64,000 bases of DNA, from contig NC_058133.1 in assembly GCF_016433145.1 (NCBI RefSeq), positions 200,521,342-200,585,341 on the forward strand, written 5' to 3'. The notes beneath the pieces were generated by a model. It searched no databases. It saw only the letters and a list, made by a program, of their open reading frames with translations, and was not told where the DNA came from. The DNA comes from Gracilinanus agilis. Lineage: Eukaryota. A program made the position numbers and the translations under genes. Positions 29,641 to 42,314 of this stretch are shown here, piece by piece; the first letter of the stretch is position 1, and the number at the start of each line of letters is the position of its first letter.

Positions 29641-30429
29641 ATAGCTGGGTAGCTTAGTGGACTGAGAGTCAGGCCTAGAGACAGGAGGTCCTAGGTTCAA
29701 ATCCAGCCTCAGACACTTCCCAGCTGTGTGACCCTGGGCAAGTCACTTGACCCCCATTGTCCACCCTTACCACTCTTCCACCTAGGAGCCAATACACAGA
29801 AGTTAAGGGTTTAAAAAAAAAACACCAAAAAAAAAAAAAAAGGCTAAATGATTATGAGCAAAACAAAGTCCCAAAATAACCCCAAGGGATTAATAATAAA
29901 AAACACTCTCTAAGGACAGAGAAGAAACTGTTGTTGAAATCTGATTGCAGATCAAAGTATGCCATCTTTCACTTTATTTCCTTCATGAGTTTTTTGTTTT
30001 ATGTGAGATATATGTGCTTTGTCATTGCAAGGGGAATGTGGAAATATGTATTGCATAAAAGCACTAGTATAACAGACCATTTACTGCCTCAGAGAGGGGG
30101 AAAGAAGAAAATCTGAATCAAAGTGTCAGAAAACAACTGTCAAAATTTTCTCTGTGTAATTGGAAAAAAAAGAAATTCAAAAAATTTCATAGATTAGAAA
30201 TAGATAAAACTGAAAATAAATTTCTAAAGTTTTATATTGCAAAAAAAAAGAAAAAAGTCTCAAAAAATTGTTTCAATATGTAATTGAAAAAGTTTAAAAT
30301 AAACCAAAAAAAAAAAATGGATCCCAGTTTAAAATTCCCCAGGATGAAGGAGAATTCTTGCCCAAACAAAGAACAAAGATGGGAAATTGTATGTACACAA
30401 AATTGAAAAAAGTTTTGTGGCATACTTTT

Positions 30430-30867
30430 TGTGGGAGGCCAATAAGAGAAACAGAGTCTCAAATAGATATTTTTATCTGGACCCCATCTAAATGATCAAT
30501 GCAGCCCAGCATATTTCTCTCTTGGTTAAAATGCAGCTGCTTGGGCTCAAAACTGATTCTAGACAGTCAAGGTCAAAATTAGACAAAACTTCATTTAGCT
30601 TACTTGTTCTGTTCCAGGCTATCTCTACATTGAAGCAACTGAGGCTCTTTTGACATGACATAATTTGTATTTCCTGTGCAACTGTGAAGTTTCTTTGTGC
30701 CTTTGTGTGAAATAGGGTTTGAATTCTGTATATATTAAACTTGTGACTCAATGGCACTCCGGAGAAGCAGCCATGAACTGACAGACAAGATCTCGTCTCT
30801 CGTCCTTTTCTTTATCACCTAAGCCATCCCTTATCAGAATCCAGGAGCAGTTGGATAGCTTTCAACA
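30430..30867 (+). mobile_element. Solo ERV LTR, shorter relative of 20173-21052, inserted in an L1 3' fragment
   Basis: TGTGGGAGGCCAAT start like TGTGGAAGGCCAAT; shared internal blocks; ends CAACA; TSD imperfect. Confidence 0.7.
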
Positions 30868-32509
30868 ATTTTTCTGTTTCTTTTTTTAAAAACCCTTACA
30901 TTATGGTTCAAAATCAATATTAAGCATTGATTCTAAGGCAGAAGATTGGTAAAGGCTAGGCAACTGGGGCTAAGTGGCTTGCCTGGGGTAATAAAGCTAG
31001 AAAGTGTCTGAGGCCAAGTCCTCCCAACTGCAGGCTTGGTGCTCTATCCATTATGCTACCTAGATGACCCTGCAGTACATTTTTCTGATGGAAGCCTGAT
31101 ATTTAAATATATGTGTGTATATATAAAGAGAAGGAGNNNNNNNNNNNNNNNNNNNNNNNNNNNNNNNNNNNNNNNNNNNNNNNNNNNNNNNNNNNNNNNN
31201 NNNNNNNNNNNNNNNNNNNNNNNNNNNNNNNNNNNNNNNNNNNNNNNNNNNNNNNNNNNNNNNNNNNGTAAACGAATGGTCAAAGGACATAAATAGGCAG
31301 TTTTTGTTCTATTTCAGAGTCATTAGACTAATAAAGATGACAAAATTGGAAAATGAAAATTGTTGTAAGGGTCATGGGAGAAGATACATCAAAATGAGGA
31401 AAATAATAGCACTTATCTCCCAGGATTGTTGTGATGACCAAATGAGATAATTATTGTGAAGCACTTAGCACAAGGTCTGGTACACAGTAAATGCTATAGA
31501 AATGTTGCTATTATTGTCATCATCATTATTAATGCATTGTTGATGGAGCTGATCCAATCATTCTGGAAAGCAATTTGGAACTATATTCAAAAAGTCACTA
31601 AGCCATTGACCCATTGATTCCACTATTGGGAATATACTACATGGCCCAGCTCCCTCCCCCAGGGAAAATTATTTGCAAGCAAAAAAATATTTAGGGTGGC
31701 ATTTTTATTGGAGCAAAGAACTAGAAACAAAGTGAGGGCTCAGAAACTGAGAACTGGCTAGATTACAATATATGAAGGTAATAAGGAGTCTTAGAAATGA
31801 GAGGTCCTAGATTCTGGTCTCAGACACTTCCTAGCTATATAATTCTGAGCAAGTCACTTAACACCCCCTTCCCTAGCCCTAAATGCTCTTCTGTCTTGGA
31901 ACCAATACTTAATACTGTTATTATTATTATTTTGTTATCATTATTATTATACATTTTTATAAAACCCAAACTATATGTCACATAAGTTCAGTTTTGTATA
32001 TAGTGGTTGTTCTATTTTTCTTTGTATACTAAAATATTCAAGTTTATTGATATTTGTCAAGTTCATAGTAAAAATGAAAATTCAAGTAGAATACAGCACA
32101 AAGAGATTAAATTTATCTGTCCCTAGAGGGTATACCTATGGGTGAAGAGAACTTATAAAAATAACTGAAAAGATTAGAAAGGATAATATAAACTACTTCA
32201 CATTCTCTATCCTGGTAGCTAGGTGGTAGAGTTAATAGAGAACTAAGCCTAGAGTCAAGAAGACCTAAATTCAAATACCAAGATAGTGCCTGGAACACTA
32301 AACTGTGTGACCCTGGGCAAGTCACTTGACCTTAGTCTGCCACAGTTTCCTCAACTGTAAGATGGGGATGGTAATAGTAGGGTTATGATGATTGTTGTTG
32401 TTGTAAAATATTAAAAAATTTGCAAACCTTAAAGGATTGTGTAAATGCCAACTATTATTCTTAATGACACAAAATTTTATTCCCCACAAAAGGAGTTATC
32501 TTTATTTTA

Positions 32510-32632
<123 letters not shown>

Positions 32633-34851
32633 TTATATCCATGAAGGAAAAAACAAAAATATGAGTAATCTCTGTGCAGACAAAGGAGAAAAGAATATTT
32701 TATGTTCTCTCTTCTGAACATAGTGACTATCTTTAAACTAGCCTCCACTACAGTGTAAAACAAACAGTCACATCCACTCTTAATTGTTTATTTTTTGCTT
32801 CTCCTAGTATTGCTATACTAGTTGAAAAGCAAAACAAAGTTGCCTTGCTATGTACCTTGAAGACCAATGTGTTACCTCCAATGACTTGGACAGACTGATC
32901 ACCTTTTTTCTTTCTTAAAATATATATAGATAGGAAATTATTTATCTTCAGCACTCACTTGGCTAACTATAACATAATTTGGAATAATTATACCTGACCT
33001 TTATCCAAATGATCTTTTGACTATAATAGATCAACAAGATATTGGAGAAAGCACTTATTAAGCAATTAATATATACCAGCCCTTGTGTGTTTTTGTACTA
33101 TTTCCCTTACAGTTTGGACCCTTCTAAGCTTCCCACCCTAAGAAACATCAATTCAGAATTTACTCTTTTCTAGGAAAAACCGAAGTAAACCCTATGGGGT
33201 TTAAAGGTACTATTTTAGTTCTCTAGAATTTTTTTTCATTTTCAAAATACTTTTAAGTTTCTGTTCCCATTTTGTCCAAACTTGTAAGCTCCGTGAGAGC
33301 AAAAATTTACTTATTTATGTTTTGCATACTTTATGAACATTTCTTGAATTGCATATACTGTCAGATTCTGGTGATGTATTGGTTAGTCTTAAGAATTACT
33401 TTTTCCCCTTCTTTCTTTTTTCTTCTTTGACACAAGGGATGGTTAGGTGGATAATAAAGAGACACATTTGCAAGTTAGGCAATGCAAAAACAAAAGATAT
33501 CAACAAAAATTTTAAATAGAACATTTTTCTTATCTATTTTTAGTGAAGGTATGAACATGCCTATGTTTTCCCTGCTAAACTTCTACTCCAGGTCCCAATG
33601 TGATAAGGTGAACCTGATTTAAGAGATCAATCCCAGCTATATTAGCTCTGGTAAGTCCTACTCAGGCTCAAAAAAAATTCTTGCACCAAGCACACATAGT
33701 TCAAGGATTAGATTAAATGAATATTCCTCAAGAGAAGGGATGTTATATGGTAAGCCACCACACAGTGAGGTTTTGTTGGTTTTTTTTTTTTTTAATAAGC
33801 TAGGGCAACCTATTAATCTTTCTTCCAAGGTAAGCCAAGACTTCTGTGGGAATGGTTTATAATGTATGAAAGTACTGATCATCAATGTATTTTGGAGACA
33901 GCACCATTGTAAAGGGAATCCCAAAAGTCTTAGTGCAGTTTTAAGCCTTTAAAACTTAAAGGTAGTATTCAATAGCTCTCTGTATGATAGAAGCAGCATC
34001 AAACTTCTAAGGTGAAGGTCTTGGATTCAGTTCTCAGGTCTTACACTTATTATCTGGACAAGGTAGGCAGCCCAGTTTAGTTGGTAGAATGTGAGTTCAA
34101 ATCCTGCCTCAGAAGTTTATAGGCTGTGTTTGACCTTGGATAAATCACAATCTATGTCAGTCTCATTTTCTTGGCTGTAATAGTAGCACCTACCTGACAA
34201 GGTTAATATGATGAACAAGTGAACTAACATATGTAAAGCTCTTTATAAATCTTAAAGTGCTTAATTATAATTATGGTATCACTTAATTGGAAACACTTTA
34301 ACGATCTATGGCTTCAGTGTTATAGAGAGAAAGAAAACTGTGTAAACCTTAAAGTGCTTGATAAAGATGTACAAATTCAATAAACACTTGTTTAAAGTAT
34401 CTACTAAGTGTCAGGCTCTGTGCTAGGCGCTGGAGATACAAAAGAGGAAGGAAATTAAACAAGCATTTGCGAACCGTTTACTTTGTGTTTGTCAAGCATC
34501 ATGCAAAAATACAGAACCAAAATTGACATCTGCATCTACCCTCAAAAAACTTCCATTCAGTCGAGGGGCACACAGCAGTTATAAGACCTGCCCATGGTTA
34601 CAGTCCGGCCAATCTGTGGCACACCGGTCCCTCCCTATCACGTCCAGGCTGCCCGGCCCATTCATTCCCCGCTTCTCGAGGGAGTCCGAGACCCTGGGGC
34701 GAGGGGAGTCACGTTGTTCCCATAGGCCTCACTCTCAGCCTCCGTAAGACGAGGGTTTTTTAAGGTCCGCCCCCTCATCCTTCCATCTCTGCCAGCCTCG
34801 GATCCCACCCGTGTTAGTCCATGCTTCAAATCCGGGTCGGTATCTCCTCAC

Positions 34852-35000
34852 CTTCAGCTTCAACTCGGAGTCCAGAAAACCGCGTTCCGTTCTCCCGAAA
34901 ACGTATCGGCGTCTGCGACGCTCGTTAGGAAGGACCCCTCGCCGCCAGAAGCTGTGCTGGGAACCTGCGACGATCGTTTGGAAGGACCCCTTTCAGCCAC
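34852..35000 (-). other. EFTUD2: Probable non-coding exon 1 of EFTUD2 (5' end not defined)
   Basis: Strong donor GAAG|GTGAGG at 34852/34851 on the minus strand inside the CpG-rich region; no earlier coding exon is needed. Confidence 0.6.
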
Positions 35001-35217
35001 TGATAACCCCTCCGCCCGAATCAGATAGTCCCACTCGGGGTGAAGGAGTGGCTTAAGGGGAAACACTGCGATGTCAGACGTGGAAGCGTAACGGTCAAGG
35101 GGCGAGCCAAGCGAGCAAGTGCGGCGTTTATATGATCAGGCATTCGGAGGGCAGCTCTGGAGGAGGGGCGTTGAGGGGGCCCTACGGCATGATCACATGG
35201 GCCACTTGAGTCGAACA

Positions 35218-35230
35218 GTTGCTAGGAAAC
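35218..35230. promoter_or_regulatory. RFX X-box (GTTGCTAGGAAAC)
   Basis: Direct match to the RFX motif GTTKCCTAGCAAC read on the minus strand; lies in the 5' region of a motile-cilia gene. Confidence 0.65.
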
Positions 35231-37576
35231 CTTCAGCGTGCTTCGAGGCAGAGCTGCCTCCATGAAGGAGGAGAGGAATTGGGTTTTCTTCTTGGGGTTG
35301 TGGGGTTAAAGAGTGGCGGCGGCTGGCCAACAACTTTGGGTAGGTTAGAATCCTGCTTTACTAGTGCTCAAGGCAGTCCGAACTGGGTCGGGAGCAGGAC
35401 GCCTGAGCTCTGCGTGGTCTCAGTTTACCTGCATGTAGAAAAGGGTCCATGTCCCCGGCCTCTCTCTCTTCCGACCCGCCCACCCCCACGCNNNNNNNNN
35501 NNNNNNNNNNNNNNNNNNNNNNNNNNNNNNNNNNNNNNNNNNNNNNNNNNNNNNNNNNNNNNNNNNNNNNNNNNNNNNNNNNNNNNNNNNNNNNNNNNNN
35601 NNNNNNNNNNNNNNNNNNNNNNNNNNNNNNNNNNNNNNNNNNNNNNNNNNNNNNNNNNNNNNNNNNNNNNNNNNNNNNNNNNNNNNNNNNNNNNNNNNNN
35701 NNNNNNNNNNNNNNNNNNNNNNNNNNNNNNNNNNNNNNNNNNNNNNNNNNNNNNNNNNNNNNNNNNNNNNNNNNNNNNNNNNNNNNNNNNNNNNNNNNNN
35801 NNNNNNNNNNNNNNNNNNNNNNNNNNNNNNNNNNNNNNNNNNNNNNNNNNNNNNNNNNNNNNNNNNNNNNNNNNNCCCCAGCTCGGTCTCACTTTTCGGA
35901 TAGGCCCTTTTTGGTGGTGGCGGAGGATCCACGGTGCGATGGGAAGAGCGCCGAATCCGGGGTCAGGATCTGGGCTACCTATGTCACTTTGGCCGAGTTG
36001 TTTAATCTCTCTGGCCTAGGAGCCCTTCTCCAAATGAGAAGTTTTGACAAGATGAGTTCTGATAGACTTTTCCAAAGAGAGGCTTGGATCATATGAGTTT
36101 TGTTGGTCCTTTACAGATTTGAATCTGTTGAGCTTTGCCGAGATCAAGGTTGAGCCTTCCCGGCAGCTCTATCATCCCAAAGGTACAGGGAACCAGTTTG
36201 CACTAAGGCCTGGGGAGGAAAGGACAGAAGGGACTATCCCTAGAGGTACCCAAGTATAGAGAAGCCTGTATTCCATTACTTAGACTGGGTAAAGTAAAAG
36301 GAAAAGTTTTCTTTCATCAATTTTTCTGCCACAGTTCAGTTCAAGGAATGTTCATCAAGTGACTTATTTTTGCAGAACACAAGCCTCTAGGCACTGGTTT
36401 TGCAAAACATGCACCCCAGCTGCTACAGGTATCCACTGAGTAGGAACCACTTGATACCAGCCACTTCAGCAGAAGGAAAGGCTGCACACGCCTGAAGTAT
36501 CCACCCTATTGATACTCATATCTTCTCCTTGCTCAGTCATTACAACTGAAGAGACTGAAGACTATTTCCTTTAGAAAATTTAGCAACAATTGTGTGCTTC
36601 TACTCTCACCACAATACTACATCTGACTTGGATAGACGGGACTTGGAATTTATCCTAGGCTCAAAAGGAGCTATAGTCATATCTTCTGTGTGAGGCCATG
36701 TAGGACCTGCCCTTCTTTATTAACAGTCTACTCCAAGAAAGTTCTTAGGAAGGACCCCCAAAGGTCTGAATTCTGAGGTGCCTCCAGGTTCAACTGGCTT
36801 TTTAAAATACTACCTCACTAATGAGACTAATAGCACATAACCCAATTTAGTCTAGAGGCAGATCAAGGTGGGAACTGAGAAGTCCTTAGGGACAGCTAGG
36901 CAGCTTAGTGGATAGTAAGCTGGGCCTGGAAGATGGGAGATCCTGGTTTTAATTGTGACCTCAGATACTTCCTAACTGTGTGACCCAGGTTAAGTCACTA
37001 AACCCCTATTTTCTAGCTTTACTGATCTTCTGCCTCAGAACTGATACTTGGTATCAATTCTATGACAGAAGTTAAGGGTTTAAAAAAAATAGTGGTTAGA
37101 ACACTGGACTTGGAGTAAGAATGATCTGAGTTTGAATACTGCCTCAGATACAAATTATATGTGTGTCCCTGGACAAGTCACATGCTTTCTCTGAACTTCA
37201 GTTTCCTCATGCATAAAATGGGGTTAATAATAGTACCTACCTCACAGTGTTGTTGTGGGATGCATATGTGTAATGGATATGAATGGATATGTGTGTGTAA
37301 AGCCTCTTGTAAATCTTAAAGAGTTATATAAATATTATCTATTATTATTATTATTCCCAGTGAATGCAGTGCGTTGAGATCTTGGACCATTGTTACATAT
37401 TTTAGATCCTTTCTCTGTAAAATGAAATGACTAACTTTTATACCCTTCCCTTTGATATGAGTGATAATTTGGACAAAGTGGTTCAACCTTTTTAAGATGG
37501 CAAAGAGTTATCCTGATGAGTAGCTTCTTCCCCTGGTAATATCTCACCTTCTTTATTTCACTCTTAGGTTCCAGAC

Positions 37577-37719
37577 ATGGAAAAGACTGACAGCATTGAC
37601 TTTAGGGCTCTGGAGAAGGAGCTACAGGCTGCACTCTATGCTGATGAGAAATACCAAAGAGAGAATGCCGCTAAGTTCCGGGCTGTGGAACAGAAGGTGG
37701 CTTCCTATGAAGAGTTCAG
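37577..37719 (+). CDS. CCDC103: CCDC103/DNAAF19 coding exon 1 (143 nt; [47 protein letters not shown])
   Basis: Acceptor CTTAG at 37567; ATG 37577; donor AG|GTTGG; peptide matches the CCDC103 N-terminus. Confidence 0.95.
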
Positions 37720-37904
37720 GTTGGCCCCCACAATTCTTTCCCAGAGCTGCCATTTCTGAATGCTATGGCCAAATTAGCTTAGTTAGAGTGTGAGGCTCAT
37801 ACAGCTGAAGTTATGGGGTTCAGGAGCCAGTAGGGCAGCAGCTTCATATCTCCACCCCCAGATTCTCTTCTCAAATATACTGTCTACCTGCCCTTTGCCC
37901 ACAG

Positions 37905-38037
37905 GGACATTGTGCTTGCCTCACACTTGAAACCTTTAGAGCGAAAGGACAAAATGAATATTAAGAAGACAGTGCTTTGGAACTGCCATGTGTCCCAGAA
38001 AGGCACCACTCAGGAGGAGGGCACTGTTATCTCCCAG
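37905..38037 (+). CDS. CCDC103: CCDC103 coding exon 2 (133 nt; [17 protein letters not shown]...ISQ)
   Basis: Acceptor CCACAG; donor GTAAA; phase 2 to 0; LASHLKPL motif. Confidence 0.95.
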
Positions 38038-39386
38038 GTAAAATAGACATTTGGAACTCCTTTGAGGAACCCTAACCCTAACTTCTAATAGTTCACTTTC
38101 TTAATTAACTAACTCACAAACCTTTTGTGTTGTAACTGGCAGAAACTATATCTAGACAAAATTCATTCAATCAGTCAATAAACATTTATTAAACATCTAC
38201 TGTGGGCCAGGCACTGAGCTTTGTGCTAGGAGTAAGGGGACTGCAGGAGCCCAGTATCCCAGAGGACAGTCTGCTAAGGACTTGTAGTAAAACATAGTCC
38301 CACTATATGTACAGTCATACTTAAAGGGGAGGGCTCATCTTCCAAAAGTTCCAAGGGGCCATTTGTAATCTAAATATCCTGAGGACTTCAAGGAAAGGTG
38401 TGGAAATGGAGATCTCTGAGGAAGAGGCTTGCAAGCCCTATCAGCTCATTGCCCTGGAGAAAAGTTTCATTCCCTTTATACTCTAGAAATCCCATTCATT
38501 CAGGTTAAAGGTATATACCCTCTAGGCTATGATGAGTACCAGGTAAAGAAACAACTCATGTTTTGGATAAGGAGACAGGAGCTGTAAGATTTCAGCCAAT
38601 CAGAACTTCCTCTCAGATTCTGAGACCTTGACCCAGATTTCTGTCCTCTATAGAGTGGAGGTGCCAAACCCAATCCCTGTAGGACTCTATAGTAATTTAG
38701 AAAAAATGCAAATTAACATCTATATCATATACATTTTCTCAGTTCAACAACTATTTACAGAGCTGGAACTAGCAGAAACTGCACAAATTGCTCCCACTGT
38801 ATTTCAGTCCCTATGGTTTGGATGAAGATGTTGGATCTGTCAGATCTCAGTCAATCAGACCTACCTCTAAGACTCTGAGACCTGTGGCTAAGCTTCCCTT
38901 TTCATTTCCAATAAATCTCCATTATATAGTGCTAAATCATGTTACAGATTTAATACCCTAATCTCCAAGATTCCACTTGTGCCTGAGAAGGGAGCAAGTT
39001 TGAAATGGCTATTTTCAGATGGGGAAGTTGTGATCCACAAAAGTTCATATTTTGGGGGGCAGCTAGATGGTTCAGTAGATTGAGAACTAGGCCTAGAGAC
39101 AGGTGGTCCTAGGTTCAAATCTGGCCTCAGATACTTCCTAGCTGTGTGACACTGGGCAAGTCACTTAAACCCCATGGCCTAGCCCTTACCACTCTTCTAG
39201 AGCCTTGGAACCAATACACAGTATTGATTCTAAGACAGAAGGTAAGGGTTTAAAAAAAAAAAAAAGGTCATGTTTTTCCCCGGGATGAAAATTAAGTCAG
39301 TGGAAAAGCTAGTAATAGAGCCTACAAGTATTGACTCCTCAGCATCCTGAGGACCTAAACTATCTTTTGTTTTCCCTTTGACCCAG

Positions 39387-39836
39387 GAGGGAGATTGTCA
39401 GCCTGAGACATCATCAGATTTCTATAGGACTTGGCGCCGCTACCTGCGAAGTGGACCAGAGCGCTACCAGGCCCTATTACAACTTGGAGCCCCCAATCTG
39501 GGCCACCTCTTCCGGGCAGATGTGGGTTTTGGACTTTTGGGTGAACTGCTGATGACATTGGAAGAGAATTTTAAGCCAGCTGACCATGCTGCTGTATTGG
39601 GGATCCTTCATAGCCTATCAAGAACAGGCCGATTTGACCTCAACATGACCCTGCTGAGCAGTAACGAGAGAGAGAGCTGTCAGAAATTATTCCAGAAACT
39701 TCAGGATATGGATGTTACCAGGCCCATAGAAGAAGATCTGAACTATAAGGAGCAAGAGCTAGAGAAACCATACCCTGGGAATGATGGGAGTGAGAAACTT
39801 CTACAGGAACTATCAGAGCTATACCAAGTCAGCTAG
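39387..39836 (+). CDS. CCDC103: CCDC103 coding exon 3 (RPAP3_C-like region to stop; total 241 aa)
   Basis: Acceptor CCCAG at 39386; ORF ...FYRTWRR...[11 protein letters not shown]...[11 protein letters not shown]...TGRFDLN...LYQVS*; AATAAA at 40070 and 40243 downstream. Confidence 0.96.
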   Translation, partial: EGDCQPETSSDFYRTWRRYLRSGPERYQALLQLGAPNLGHLFRADVGFGLLGELLMTLEENFKPADHAAVLGILHSLSRTGRFDLNMTLLSSNERESCQKLFQKLQDMDVTRPIEEDLNYKEQELEKPYPGNDGSEKLLQELSELYQVS

Positions 39837-40479
39837 AGATGTTATCTTCCCTCAGGAAAAACAGCAAACCTAACTAGCTATTGGAGATTTTTTATGTTCT
39901 AGTCAGTCCTTAATATCATTCGCCATCTTGCTGCCTGACCTCAATCTTTTCCTTTCAACCTTGCCTCTCCAGAACTGTAGCAAAAGGTTGGTCTCATTCA
40001 TCCTAACCTTAAATAGGTCTATTTAAAACTATGTACTTCCAAATAGCCAGAAGCTCTTAACGGAGCACTAATAAACTGTAAGGAATTTGGTTTCTTATCC
40101 TTAAAGTCTACCAAGAATGGCACCCTGGCCCTAAGATTAAAATCCTATACTTGGTGCTTCCTACCAACCCATGCAAGCAGAATTTTTAAATCAATGATTA
40201 TTAATTATGCCCATTAACATCTACAAATATCTACCCCATGCCAATAAAAACATTTTATTAATACCTCCTTTGAGGGGAATTCCATTTTTTCCCCAAGAAT
40301 TGAATTTTTCCGAGTTGGGTTTTGGGGAATCCTAAATCACCAGCAGGGGCTTGGAGGGTGGTTCAGAATTGCCACTCTGTAACATATTTGTCCTCACTTC
40401 TTCTCCAGGATTTATGAAACAGAAAAACTTTGGTCCCAAGGAAGTGTAGGATAAGGATGGTAGGAGAAAAGCAATTGAT

Positions 40480-41900
40480 AAGCATTTATTAAATGCCTAC
40501 TACATTCCAGGCACTGGGGATAAAATAAAAAGAAACGAAACAAAGGAGTTTATGTTCCATCAGGGAAACTACTTCTATATAGGGAGGGAAGGGATGGGGA
40601 GAGGCTTAGTGCAGAAGGTGGTATATACTTGAAGTGAGGAGTTCCACAAGGCATAAGTGCAGAGGGGACACATTCTAGGAATGGGAACAGACCACTAACA
40701 AGGCACAGAGATGGGAGATAGTGCCAGGTGTGAAAAGAAAAAAGGCCAATTTAGCCAGATTGGGATGCGGGAAAGAGGAATAATATATAATGGAGCTAGA
40801 AAAATAGTTTGGGGCTCATTTGTGAAGGGCTTAAAAAGCTGACCTAGAATGCCAGGCCTGGAGTTGAGAGGACCTAGTTTCAAATCTGGCCTCACACACC
40901 TCCTATATGTCCCTGGCAAATCACTTAAACCCAGTTACCTAGCCCTTACCACATTTCTGCCTTAGTATTGATTCTAAGACTGAAGGTAAGGGTTAGAAAA
41001 AACAAACCAACCAGAGTTTATATATTATCCCAAAGACGATGGGGAACCACTGAAGTTTATTGAGTAGAAGAGAGATATAGTCAGATCTGAGCTTAAGGGA
41101 AATCACTTTGGCAGCTATATGGAGGCTGAATTGCTGTGGAGAGAGACTTGAGTTCTGAAGACCAGTTAAAAGACTAATGCAATAGTGGAAGCAAGAGGTG
41201 ATGAGGGCCTGAACTAAGGTTTCTCTGTGAAGAGAGAAGAGGAGTCACATGCAAGAAATGTTATGGAGATAGACCCAGTAAGATTTGGCAACTGTTTGGA
41301 TATATGTGGGGTGAGGGACAATGAAGATTTAAGTATAGCTCTGATGTTATGAACCTGGAAACCTGGAAAAATTGTCATGCTTTTGATAGAATCAGGGAAG
41401 ATTTGGAGGGAAAGATAATGAATTTTGTTTCAGACATGTTGAGTTCAAATGCCTATGAGACGTCCCGTTTGAAATGTCCACTCTATGGGGCAGGAGAGCT
41501 GCGTGGCTCAGTAGATTGAGAGCCAGGCCTAGAGACAACCCTCATTGCTTAGCCCTTACTGCTCTTCTGCCTTGGAACCAATACATAATATTGATTCTAA
41601 GAAGGAAGGTAAGGATTAAAAAAAAAAGTCCACTAGGCAGTTGATGTAGGAATGAAGCTCAGGGGAAAGACTAGGGCTGGATTTATCTATGGGTCATCTA
41701 CATGGAGATGATCATTAAACCTTGGAGAGCTGATGAGGTCATTCATTGAAAAGAGGAGAAGGGAAAGCCCAAGATTGTCCCTTACGAGAAACACCCGGAG
41801 TTAAGGAATATGATTATAGATGGGAAGCCAGCAAAGGAAACTGAGGAGTGGTCAGAGATCTACTATTGAGGGAGAACCAGGAGAGAAAAATGTCCTTAAA
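40480..41900 (-). mobile_element. L2 fragment with embedded SINEs between CCDC103 and FAM187A
   Basis: Reverse L2 tail ATTGATAAGCATTTATTAAATGCCTACTAC and typical L2 body. Confidence 0.7.
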
Positions 41901-42314
41901 TCCTAGAGAAGTCAAAGTATCTCTCTAGGAAGAAATTCTGGTGACCAACATCCTAAACAGCAGAGAGGTCAAGGATGGAGACTGAAATGACCTTTGGCTC
42001 TGTTCACTGTCCTTATCTCCACAAAGGCATTCTAGAACAAGGAGAAAGGACTGGTTCTAGAATGATTTTTTCATGAGGCAGGATCAAGATTAGAAACATT
42101 CTAAAATTTTCAATAGGAAAAAAAAGGGAAGGAAAAAACTTTTCTATTTGAGCTCTTCTTCCTCTACTGAAAAATCTTTAAGAACTTAGCTGAGTGATTC
42201 CTTCTTAACCCCAACACACAGCATCATTTGTTGGGAGACCTCTTTAGAGCATAAAGCTCTAAAGCCCCTGGATTTTACTATTTCCTTTCCATTGAATTCT
42301 TTGGTTTTGCCAGT

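Larger units (their letters stand above)
34590..35990. promoter_or_regulatory. CpG-rich bidirectional promoter region shared by EFTUD2 (-) and CCDC103 (+); interrupted by N-gap 35492-35875
   Basis: Sharp rise in CpG and GC content against a CpG-poor background; lies between the 5' ends of two divergent genes; GC box CCGCCC near 34767. Confidence 0.85.

Noticed and set aside
35219-36096. Long ORFs containing X runs (also at 31036-31296, 47764-48240, 55705-56077, 61738-61944)
   Set aside because: Artefacts of N-gaps; only the GFAP exon 9 peptide next to the 47842 gap is real
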